Shown piece after piece: positions 1 to 9,989 of a stretch of 64,000 nucleotides of DNA. The position numbers were made by a program, and so were the translations under genes. Origin of the DNA: Dendrobates tinctorius (lineage: Eukaryota); the NCBI RefSeq assembly GCF_039654945.1, contig NW_027361676.1, positions 42,718,001 through 42,782,000 on the forward strand. Direction: 5' to 3'. The notes beneath the pieces are model-generated. The model saw only the letters and a list, made by a program, of their open reading frames with translations. It searched no databases and was not told the origin of the DNA. Positions within the stretch are counted from its first letter, which is position 1, and each line of letters starts with the position of its first letter.

Positions 1-79
1 AGTTGATTGACAGCCGAAATGACGTCATCATGATGCGCGGTGTGTGCGCATCATGATGCGCCGTCATTTCGGGCCTTCC

Positions 80-275
80 AGGGGTCTCTGCCGGCCTGCC
101 GGGGGGCTGTGTCGGCCTGCCGGGGGGCTGTGTGGACTGCCCGGGGTCTGTACCGGCCTGCCGGGGGGCTGTGCCGGCCTGCCGGTGGTCTGTGCACCCT
201 GTGGGGGTCTGTACCGGCCTGCCGGGGGGCTGTGCCGGCCTGCCGGGGGGCTGTGCTGATGTCCAGGGGTCTGTG
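80..275 (+). repeat. GC-rich 21-bp minisatellite (CCGGCCTGCCGGGGGGCTGTG), left arm
   Basis: Tandem unit is directly visible and gives the 7-aa CRPAGGL repeat in spurious ORFs. Confidence 0.9.
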
Positions 276-410
276 CAAGCATCGTCCGATGGGACTACAA
301 GTCCCATCTGGCGATGCCTGCTACCATGACAGTGATTGACACATTAGCCAATGATGGGACAGTAGTAGTCCCATCATCCGGCTAATGTGTTAAATGTTAA
401 AAAAAAAAAA

Positions 411-790
411 TATATATATATATACTACATACATACTACATACATACTACATGCATGCTACATACATACTACATGCTACATACATACTACATATATACTA
501 CATGCATGCTACATACATACTACATGCTACATACATACTACATGCATGCTACATACATACTACATGCTACATACATACCACATATATACTACATGCATGC
601 TACATGCTACATACATACCACATACATACTACATACATACTACATGCTACATACATAACACATATATACTACATACATACTACATGCATGCTACATACAT
701 ACTACATGCATGCTACATACATACTACATGCTACATACATACTACATACATACTACATACATACTACATGCATGCTACATACAATACATT
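411..790 (+). repeat. Complex (TACA/TAC/TGCA) microsatellite, left arm
   Basis: TACATACATAC / TACATGCATGC units in tandem. Confidence 0.95.
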
Positions 791-1449
791 CATACAATAC
801 ATACATAGACATACAGTACATATAACATTGAGTAACATACTTACCAATACTTGTCACATTGTTCCCCGAAGCCATTGTCTTTTACGGAATAAATATTAAC
901 ATAACAAACCACAAAAATACTCACCCATGATCCGAAGCAGTCCACGAGTGTGTCCCACGACGATCTTGGGTAGAGAACTGCAGCATCAGCTGATGCTGCC
1001 GTTCTCTACGGGCTGCAGGAATCCAATGACGGAAGGTAGGTATCCTTCCGCACTGTATTCCTCCGCCACTTAAAAAAAAAAGTCCCTAGTCTCACTTTAT
1101 GCCATTGCTGTGTGGGAATTTCCCACGCAGCAATGGCATAAAGTGAGACTAGGGACTTTTTTTTTTCAAGTGGCGGAGGAATACAGTGCGGAAGGATACC
1201 TACCTTCCGTCATTGGATTCCTGCAGCCCGTAGAGAACGGCAGCATCAGCTGATGCTGCAGTTCTCTACCCAAGATCGTCATGGGACACACTCGTGGACT
1301 GCTTCGGATCATGGGTGAGTATTTTTGTGGTTTGTTATGTTAATATTTATTCCGTAAAAGACAATGGCTTCGGGGAACAATGTGACAAGTATTGGTAAGT
1401 ATGTTACTCTATGTTATATGTACTGTATGTCTATGTATGTATTGTATGA

Positions 1450-1940
1450 ATGTATTGTATGCAGCATGCATGTAGTATGTATGTAGTATGTATGTAGTAT
1501 GTATGTAGCATGTAGTATGTATGTAGCATGCATGTAGTATGTATGTAGCATGCATGTAGTATGTATGTAGCATGCATGTAGTATGTATGTAGTATATATG
1601 TAGCATGTAGTATGTATGTAGCATGCATGTAGTATGTATGTAGTATGTATGTAGCATGTAGTATGTATGTAGCATGCATGTAGTATATATGTAGCATGCA
1701 TGTAGTATGTATGTAGCATGCATGTAGTATGTATGTAGCATGCATGTAGTATGTATGTAGTATGTATGTAGCATGCATGTAGTATGTATGTAGCATGCAT
1801 GTAGTATGTATGTAGCATGCATGTAGTATGTAGCATGTATGTAGTATGTATGTTACATGTAGTATATATGTAGTATGCATGTTGCATACATGTAGTATGT
1901 AGCATGTATGTAGTATGCATGTAGCATGTATGTAGCATGT
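1450..1940 (-). repeat. Complex microsatellite, right arm (longer mirror copy)
   Basis: GTATGTATGTA / GCATGCATGTA units, reverse complement of 411-790. Confidence 0.95.
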
Positions 1941-2079
1941 AATTTTTTTTTTTTTTTTTTTACATTCAACACATTAGCCGGATGATGGGACTACTACTGT
2001 CCCATCATTGGCTAATGTGTCAATCACTGTCATGGTAGCAGGCATTGCCCGATGGGACTTGTAGTCCCATCGGACGATG

Positions 2080-2328
2080 CCTGCACAGCCCCCCGGAGCC
2101 TGCACAGCCCCCTGGCAGGCCGGCACTGCCCCCCGGCAGGCCGGCACAGCCCCCCGGAGCCTGCACAGCCCCCCGGCAGGCCGGCACAGCCCCCCGGCAG
2201 GCCGGCACAGCCCCCCGGAGCCTGCACAGACCACCGGCAGGCCGGCACAGCCCCCCGGCAGGCCGGCACAGACCACCGGAGCCTGCACAGACCCCCTGGC
2301 AGGCCGGCACAGCCCCCCGAAAGGCCCG
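2080..2328 (-). repeat. GC-rich 21-bp minisatellite, right arm
   Basis: CACAGCCCCCCGGCAGGCCGG units. Confidence 0.9.
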
Positions 2329-2369
2329 TACAGACCCCAGAGAGGCTGTACAAGGCAAAAACAGGGTTT

Positions 2370-2511
2370 TTCTTATTCCGATACCGGAGGTCCCATAGAC
2401 TTGAATGGGACTTCCGGTATCGGAATCGGCGATACCGATACTTTTTTTTAAGATCGGCCGATCCATTCCGATCCGATACTTTGAAGTATCGGACGGTATC
2501 GCTCAACTCTA
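2370..2511. mobile_element. Right terminus of a hAT-type non-autonomous element (left end lies upstream of the window)
   Basis: Ends TCGCTCAACTCTA, the same terminal motif as the 8-bp-TSD element at 56523-57937. Subterminal CCGATAC/GTATCGG repeats. Confidence 0.75.
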
Positions 2512-3354
2512 GCAATAGATCATCTTTTCTTTGTGTTCTCCATTTGACAGGTGACAGATACATGACCTCTGTGCAGTCCTCTATGTCAGCATACCTGTCA
2601 CTTGATCCAGCTTCACCTCAGGGCTTTCTGTTATGCGCTGCACATACTCCTCAGATGATGTGCAACAAACAGAGTCACAGTCCTGTTCAATACTTGAACA
2701 ATTAACTTTACTATTTCCTTTACACAGTGCATACATATTCACTCCAGCATCAGCATCAGGGTTGGCAATTGACTTTTTCTCCTCTGTCCCTGTCTTTCCC
2801 TCTCTCCCACTAAGCTCGCTTCCGGGACAGACCGTGCTCTCCGGTCTTTCAGCATCAACTCTGCTCAGTCTTACTCCAGTAGGGGACCCTCTTAACCGTT
2901 TCGCCCCGGTCTCAAGAATATCCACAGATGAAATAAGCCGCCGCATTCTGAGTGACCTGCCCGTACTGCTTAGCCTTCTTCTGGCAACTGCAGACCAACT
3001 AATTCTGCTCTGTCAGCACTTCTCCTGGTATTGCTCCCTGATGAGATACTGGCCCGAATTCTGTATGACTGGGCTCTTAACTTTAACGTTACGGAGCCAA
3101 CAGCCCTGTCAGGACGCTCCCGCCCAATTGATTCAAATTCCAGATGCTCCCTGGCTTTACAGCTGTTAACCCCTCCTACTTTAATTATTTACAAGCTGAG
3201 CATCTCTAACCCCATCTAGTGGGCAAACTAGGGTACTACACTTTCCCTATCTATATAACAGTGTCCAATGTTAAATACATATAATAGATACAATAAATAG
3301 ACATTTACATGGCATGTACAATAAATACGAATTATGTTAAAGGGAAAGGGTACA

Positions 3355-4269
3355 TCTAATATATAAAGCTCAATGTGTGTATGTATGTAAGTGTGTGTGT
3401 ATGTCCAGGATTGGCATCCGCACCGTCGCAGCTACAGCCACAAAATTTGGCACAGTCAGATATCTGGACCCCGAGAGTGTCCTAAGCTATGTTGTGAGGC
3501 AAAATTTTAACCCCGCGCATTCCAATTCACCAAACAATTTTGCCCCTATCTACATAATGCGAAAAAATGTGTGTGTATCAAGCCCCGCCCCTCATTATGA
3601 TGTCATAATGGTTGCCATGTTGATGCTGATGTCATCATAGGTTGCAAGCCCCGCCGCTCATTATGATGTCATAAAAAGGTTGACTATGGGATGGAGGATG
3701 TGTGATGGCTATATGGGCACTGGACTATGGGACGGAGGATATGTATGACGGGTATATGGGCATGGAACTATGGGATGGAGGATGTGTGATGGGTATATGG
3801 GCACTGGACTATGGGATGGAGGATATGTATGACGGGTATATGGGGACGGGACTATGGGATGGTGGATATGTATGATGGGTATATGGGCACAGGACTATGG
3901 GATGGAGGATATGTATGATGGGTATATGGGCATGGGACTATGAGATGAAGGATGTGTGATGGGTACATGGGCACTCGACTATGGGATGGCGAATATGTAT
4001 GATGGGTATAAGGGCATGGGACTATGGGATGGAGGATGTGTGATGGGTATATGGGCATGGAACTATGGGATGATGTGTGATGGGTATATGGGCACTCGAC
4101 TATGGGATGGAGGATATGTATGATGGGTATATGGGCACGGGCCTATGGGATCGTAGATATGTATGATGGGTATATGGGCACGGGACTATGGGATGGAGGA
4201 TAATTATAATTTGCTATTACTAACCACAGTTAGTTACTATGCCCGGGCAGCGCCGGGCTCTTCAGCTAG
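3355..4269 (+). mobile_element. Non-autonomous Helitron with internal minisatellite
   Basis: Starts TC after A(3354). Subterminal hairpin GCCCGG-GCAGCG-CCGGGC at 4241-4258. Ends CTAG before T(4270). No TSD. Confidence 0.85.
3683..4201 (+). repeat. ~39-43 bp minisatellite (GGACTATGGGATGGAGGATATGTATGATGGGTATATGGGCAC) inside the Helitron
   Basis: About a dozen tandem units are visible. Confidence 0.9.
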
Positions 4270-5032
4270 TTAAATATATATATATCCATCACAAGTACAG
4301 TGCCCGCATGTTGCGTCCCGGGGGGGAACATGTGCTCCTCTGCCTCTTCACGACCACTGCCCTCAGAAGTGTAGGGAGATCGTGTTTCCCTGTTCTATCA
4401 CGGAGCTTAACTGTATGTGCACGCTAATATAATTAAGTGTAGTGTAGCCCCGGGTGGGCCCCTGTTAGAGGTGGCCTCGGCGCAACCGCATCATCTGCCC
4501 CCCTTGTAGCTACACTACTGATCTATATAAAATCTGTCTTGCCAGAAAGGACTATATTTTTGTTATCCTTTCTCAAGGTTGTATTCATACATAATGTATC
4601 ATCTATCTCACTGCTTTTTCTTTTACAGAGGATATATGAGATAAAAACACTTTTCATCAGTTTTTTCATTCATCGTCCATAGAAATCAATAAAAAAAATT
4701 TGATGAATTGAAAAAAGTCTCTAAGCATTGCCTGCAATGTATTTCTGTCTTCATGCCTACCGACAGATGCATTTTGAAACATTTTGTGAAAACAGTTTAC
4801 TACTGACAACCAATGGGATCTGTTGTGATTTCTGTTTGCGAGTGTCTTTTTTCAGGGGGAATGACAAGGACAAAAAGCAGAAAAAGAAAATGGAGACATG
4901 TGAATGCAGTCAGACTAGGTGTTTACTATACTATGCTATACTATACTATATTTTTGTGTTTCATTGTTTACTTGTTTTTTTTTAGTCAAATGTTTGCCAA
5001 GGTAAATTTAAAAGGATGCTTTCTGATTTTAA

Positions 5033-6278
5033 TCCTTTAATGACAGGAGCTTTTTTTGATATTTTGTTTTCGTTTTTCGCTCCCCTTCTTTCCAGAGCCA
5101 TAACTTTTTTATTTTTCTGTCAATATGGCCATGTGAGGGCTTATTTTTGCTGGATGGGTTGTACTTTTGAATGACACCATTAGTTTTACCATGTTGTGTA
5201 CTCGAAAACGGGAAAAAAAATTCCAAGTGCGGTGAAATTGCAAATAAAGTGCAATCCCACACTTGTTTTTTGCTTGGCTTTTTCCTACGTTCACTAAATA
5301 CTAAAACTGACCTACCATTATGTTTCTCAAGGTCATTACGAGTTCATAGACACCAAACATGTCTAGGTTCTCTTTTAGCTAAGTGGTGAAAAAAAATTCC
5401 ATAGTTTGCTAAAAAAAAAAGAAAAGTGTAATTTTCCGAGACCCGTAGCGTCTCCATTTTTCGTGATCTGCGGTTGGGTGCAGGCTGTTTTTTGCATGCC
5501 GGGCTGATGTTTTTAATGATACCACTTTTGTGCAAATACGTTCTTTTGATCGCCCATTATTACATTTTAATGCGATGTCACGGCGAACAAAAATACGTAA
5601 TTCTGACGTTTTGAATTTTTTCTCGCTACACCATTTAGCGATCGGGCGATTCTGAACCTGGTGATACAAAATATGAGTATGTGTGATTTTTTTTTATTGT
5701 TTTATTTTGATTGGGGCGAAAGGGGGGTGATTGGAACTTTTAGGTTTTTTTTGTTTTTTTTTAATTTTTAAACACTTTTCTTTTTACTTTTGGCATGCTT
5801 CAATAGCCTCCATAGGAGGCTATAAGCATCCATTACTTGATCGGCTCTGCTACATATAGGCGTTGCTCAGATCACCTATATGTAGCAGATTTACAGCATT
5901 GCTATGAGCGCCGACCACAGGGTGGCGCTCATAGCAATGTGCTGGCAACAACCATAGAGGTCTCTATGAGACCACTGGTTGTCAAGGCAACGCGTCACTG
6001 ACCCCCGATCACGTGACAGGGATTGGCGATGCGCTCACTTCCGGCCCGGCGGCCGGAAGCGGTAGTTAAATACCCGCTGTCAGCGTTTGACAGCGGGATT
6101 TAACTAGTTAATAGGCGCAGGTGGATCGTGATTCCACTCGTGCCTATTGCAGGCACATGTCAGCTGTTTACAACAGCTGACATGTTGTAGTTTTGAGGTG
6201 AGCTCACTGCCGGAGCCCACCTCAAAGCAGGAGGACACTGACTGCTGGCATACTATCCCGTCAGCGTTTGGAAAGGGG
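5033..6278 (+). mobile_element. TTAA-flanked piggyBac-type non-autonomous DNA transposon (family B)
   Basis: TTAA|TCCTTT ... AAAGGGG|TTAA. Colinear with 31760-34470. Confidence 0.75.
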
Positions 6279-6989
6279 TTAAAAAAATTAATTAATTTTT
6301 TAACAGCGATAAGGAGCATATAATTGTCCCTGTACTAATTAATAATTGGGATAAAAAAGAACAGATCCTAAATGAAAAAAGCATATTCTCTCTTCTTGGA
6401 TTAATAAGGGTTGCCTGTGACAATGCTTATTTTTAAACATTGGACTAAGAATTTACAGGCAGGAATTTTTTAAGTACCAGTCTGTTCTGCTTGGCGTTGA
6501 TCTCTGCTGGCTCAGAGTGGGTAAGGAAAAAGCTCCTGCCGGCGAGTCTACGACTTCTGGTGATGTCATGTCACAGAGCAGCTTACATGACCCTTACATA
6601 GCCTACAGGTGTGTTTTTGGTCATTGTCCTGTTCATCATCCCACTAAGTGCAAACAATAAGGGATGGCAAGTTATTTCAGAATGCTGTGGTACCATGCTG
6701 GTAAGTGTACCCTGCATTAGGAGCAAGACACCAACAATGTCACTAGTAAAGTGCCCCTACACCATCACTCCCCATTCTCGCTTTACAGTGGGCCTGACAC
6801 ATGTAGAAACCGTCTACAAAATCTCAAATTTTGACTCAGCACTATAGCTCAGTACTAGAGCTCAGCATTGTATAGAACTGTGTACCAACACTGCGTCTTC
6901 AAAACACACCTGACAGTCACAAGCATTTACTGAAGGCCCGTGATTCCATAAAAGAACTCTTGCCGAAGCATACCCGTTCCTTTTTGAAC

Positions 6990-7245
6990 CATTTCAGGCA
7001 ACTACCTAATGAAGCTGCTTGAGAGAATGCCAAGGTGTTGTAAAGCTATCTTAAGAGTATAAAGGTGAACAAATCTAAGGTTTAACATGTTCTCTTTTGT
7101 TTCATGCATGTTTATTCACTACTTTTCCATGCGTGTTGTCTTCATGGTTTTTCAGCCTTAAGTCTGAATCCACAGTGTGCACATTCCAATAAGAACAATA
7201 AAAACTTTTGCAGGGACAGGTGTGTCCATCTTTTGACTGGTACTG
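6990..7245 (+). mobile_element. Degenerate Tc1/mariner 3' remnant
   Basis: GAGAATGCCAAGGTGTTGTAAAGCT resembles the transposase C-terminus. Ends GTGTGTCCATCTTTTGACTGGTACTG|TA, a Tc1-type terminal inverted repeat (TIR) plus TA. Confidence 0.55.
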
Positions 7246-8043
7246 TATGCCAATCTTAACAGTAATTAAAAATGTCTTGAAAAGGGAGTAAGGATAAGTT
7301 AATGTGTCCCAGCAATTTTTTGGGGAGTATATACTGATGCACAATAAGCTAGCTCTTAAGGGGCAGACAAAAAAGAGAAAAGTATCTAAATATGACCAGT
7401 GCATTGGGGCAAATATATCAGACCACATGATTTAATTAATCCATTCACTTTTTAACTGTAAACAAAAACTCCCTAATTTATTTTCTATTTTACAAGACTA
7501 ATGATGACTTAACCTTTTATGTGTTCATTCTACTTTGTTTAATAAAATATTTTTGCAATCATTTCTTCAGTAATGCAATGGTATGGTTCAGCTATTTCCA
7601 CTATCTGTATCATTAAAAAAGAGCAGCAAAAGCTAAACATGCCAAGTGCTTCTTTTGTGCAATAGATCATCTTTGTGTTCTCCATTTGACAGGTGACAGA
7701 TACATGTATATGATTAAATGATGGTGAACCACACAAGGTCACAAGATGAAGATTTCTAGACATGGAGCAGACACTGTAAAAAGAAAGTAGAACAAGAGGA
7801 AAGACATAAAAAAATCATTGAATATATTGTTATTCTGTAAAATATGTAAATCGGCAGACTATAGCTTTTTTCTTGAGTGCGAACCTATACCATTATCTGT
7901 GTATCGTGTTAAATAATGACATTGTTCTGTCCAGCCATATAATTGCTGTCTAGAAGGTCTAGTCATTTTTTATGTCTTCGATTATTACAGACATTGTATT
8001 TTTGTGTGTATTAATCCTTCATATATTTCATACTGTAAGGTAA

Positions 8044-8062
8044 CAGCACCACCTGCTGGCCG
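8044..8062 (-). promoter_or_regulatory. Candidate CTCF-binding motif
   Basis: Minus strand reads CGGCCAGCAGGTGGTGCTG, one mismatch to the CCASYAGRKGGCRS consensus. Confidence 0.35.
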
Positions 8063-8310
8063 TTTAATGCATAGATTCTAGTTTAATTTGCAATGTATTG
8101 TGGGATTGTTCCTGTTACATCATAGTCTTGTTTATGACACTGTGAGGGGAACAGCAGCCATTATTCCTCCATGTGTCTTAGGAGAAACTACACCCTTCGT
8201 GTTCTTCATGCTTCTTAAACAGCCTGCTCTAAGCATAGTTGGTAAGCACTATCTAGGTGTTATAATCCTGTGTTTATAATGTTTGTTGTATTAAATAGGT
8301 AATCATCAGC

Positions 8311-8457
8311 TATGTATTACCTCATGTTACCTATGTATTACCTCATGTTACCTATGTATTACCTCATGTTACCTATGTATTACCTCATGTAACCTATGTA
8401 TTACCTCATGTTACCTATGTATTACCTCATGGTAACTATGTATTACCTCATGTTACT
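8311..8457 (+). repeat. 21-bp minisatellite x7 (TATGTATTACCTCATGTTACC)
   Basis: Direct tandem copies. Confidence 0.95.
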
Positions 8458-8952
8458 GTGCATTGCAGACTATCTGTATTTTATGCTCTGTGCAGTTATA
8501 TATTCTGAAATGCTCCTGTTATTGCATCCTATAGTTTCACCCTTTCCTGTCACATCTGCAATCAATAAAAGAAAGTTACAATTTTACAGCCTCTTTTTCT
8601 TAAAGAAGACAGGGGGTTTAGCTACATGTCTCATTGCACACCCTGCTAACATGTATGAGGACAGTATAGACATTACTCTCTGTAGCCTTTGCTATTTTTT
8701 CTGTATATATGATAACCCCACACACTCATGTTGTACTAAAGTAGGAGGTATAACATTGGTTTATACTACCCTTAATACATTGTTTCTGCACTATTTATTA
8801 CAGGCAATATCCAAAGGAATGTAGCTATAGAAATACTGTGCAATGCTGTGCCAGAGCACATACATAATCGATAGTCTCATCTGAGTGTCTATTCTTGTTG
8901 ATCGACCCTTTAACAAGTCTTGCAATATGACTTAGGATTAAAGCCTAAGGAT

Positions 8953-9233
8953 GGGCAGCACGGTGGCTCAGTGGTTAGCGCTGCAGCTTTGCAGCGCTGG
9001 GGTCCTGGGTTTGAATCCCACCAAGGACAACATCTGCAAGGAGTTTGTATGTTCTCCCCGTGTTTGCGTGGGTTTCCTCCGGGTACTCCGGTTTCCTCCC
9101 ACACTCTAAAGACATACTGATAGGGAATTTAGATTGTGAGCCTCATCGGGGACAGTGATGATAATGTGTGCAAACTGTAAAGCGCTGCGGAACATGTTAG
9201 CGCTATATAAAAATAAAGATTATTATTATTATT
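8953..9233 (+). mobile_element. tRNA-derived V-SINE with L2-type tail
   Basis: A/B boxes (TGGCTCAGTGG, GGTTTGAATCC). V-domain GGAGTTTGTATGTTCTCCCCGTGTTTGCGTGGGTTTCCTCCGGG. Tail TGTAAAGCGCTGCG...AATAAAG(ATT)n. Confidence 0.9.
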
Positions 9234-9254
9234 AAAGCCAAATCAGAATCTCAA

Positions 9255-9299
9255 TTTGCAGACACGGTGTTTCAGGCTATTGGCCCTCGTCAGTGCAAA
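9255..9299 (-). ncRNA. Minimal type I hammerhead ribozyme motif (Penelope/retrozyme-like)
   Basis: Minus strand: UUUGCA-CUGACGA-GGGC-CAAUA-GCCU-GAAA-CAC-C-GUG-UC-UGCAAA. Stems I, II and III and the catalytic core are all present. Confidence 0.75.
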
Positions 9300-9355
9300 G
9301 TAGGAGAACTGATTTGGCTAGGTGAGAGGCTCTGGACTGGGGTCTAAGGGGTAAG

Positions 9356-9856
9356 GTGGTCATGGGGGATTCCCTGTTGAGAGGAACAGAGGCCGCTATC
9401 TGCAGACCGGATATAACTTCAAGAGAAATGTGCTGTCTTCCAGGTGCAAAAATTAAAGATGTGTCTGACAGGATATCAGGACTCTTCAGACCTACAGATG
9501 ACTACCCATTCCTGCTACTACATGTGGGGCCAAATGACACAGCAAGAAACGACCTGGAAACCATCTGCAGAGACTTTGAAGACTTAGGCAAGAAAGTGAA
9601 AGAACTGGGAGCGCAGGTGGTCTTCTCTTCCATCCTCCCAGTGGATGGCCATGGAACAAGGAGGTGGAATAAGATTCTGCAGGTGAACAACTGGCTACGT
9701 CAATGGTGCCGTCAGCAACGATTTGGATTTCTGGATCACGGAGTGAACTACTTATACGATGGACTACTTGCTAGAGATGGGGTGCACCTTACGAAGACTG
9801 GAAAGCAGGTATTTGGAAGTCACCTTGCTACACTTGTAAGAAGAGCTTTAAACTAG
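9356..9856 (+). CDS. CR1 ORF1 SGNH/GDSL esterase domain (N-terminally truncated)
   Basis: Motifs GDSLLRG, HVGPND and DGVHL. Confidence 0.85.
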   Translation: MVMGDSLLRGTEAAICRPDITSREMCCLPGAKIKDVSDRISGLFRPTDDYPFLLLHVGPNDTARNDLETICRDFEDLGKKVKELGAQVVFSSILPVDGHGTRRWNKILQVNNWLRQWCRQQRFGFLDHGVNYLYDGLLARDGVHLTKTGKQVFGSHLATLVRRALN

Positions 9857-9989
9857 AACAACATGAGAAGGGAAACACAAGACCAGAAAAAGCCATACAC
9901 CTGACAAATGCTATTGAGAACTCTGCTATTAGAAGTGGAAAGGAAGAACAAAGACAAAAGAATGTAATTAATAAAAATATTGGAGAAAG

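Larger units (their letters stand above)
70..2328. repeat. Large palindrome (inverted repeat with 1-nt spacer centred at 1119) inside a hAT-type non-autonomous element
   Basis: GTGGGAA-T-TTCCCAC at 1112-1126. Segment ~780-1118 is the near-exact reverse complement of 1120-~1458. The microsatellite, the hairpin module and the GC-rich minisatellite are all mirrored. Confidence 0.95.

Noticed and set aside
40-2705. Many overlapping ORFs with CRPAGGL or YIHTT repeats
   Set aside because: They are translations of stop-free mini- and microsatellites and occur in all frames on both strands.
8311-8457. CRISPR-like regular repeats (also 3683-4201 and 51493-51642)
   Set aside because: Head-to-tail tandem units with no unique spacers and no cas genes, in eukaryotic DNA.
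8953-9025. Possible tRNA gene
   Set aside because: It is the tRNA-derived head of a V-SINE, continuing into the V-domain and L2-type tail.
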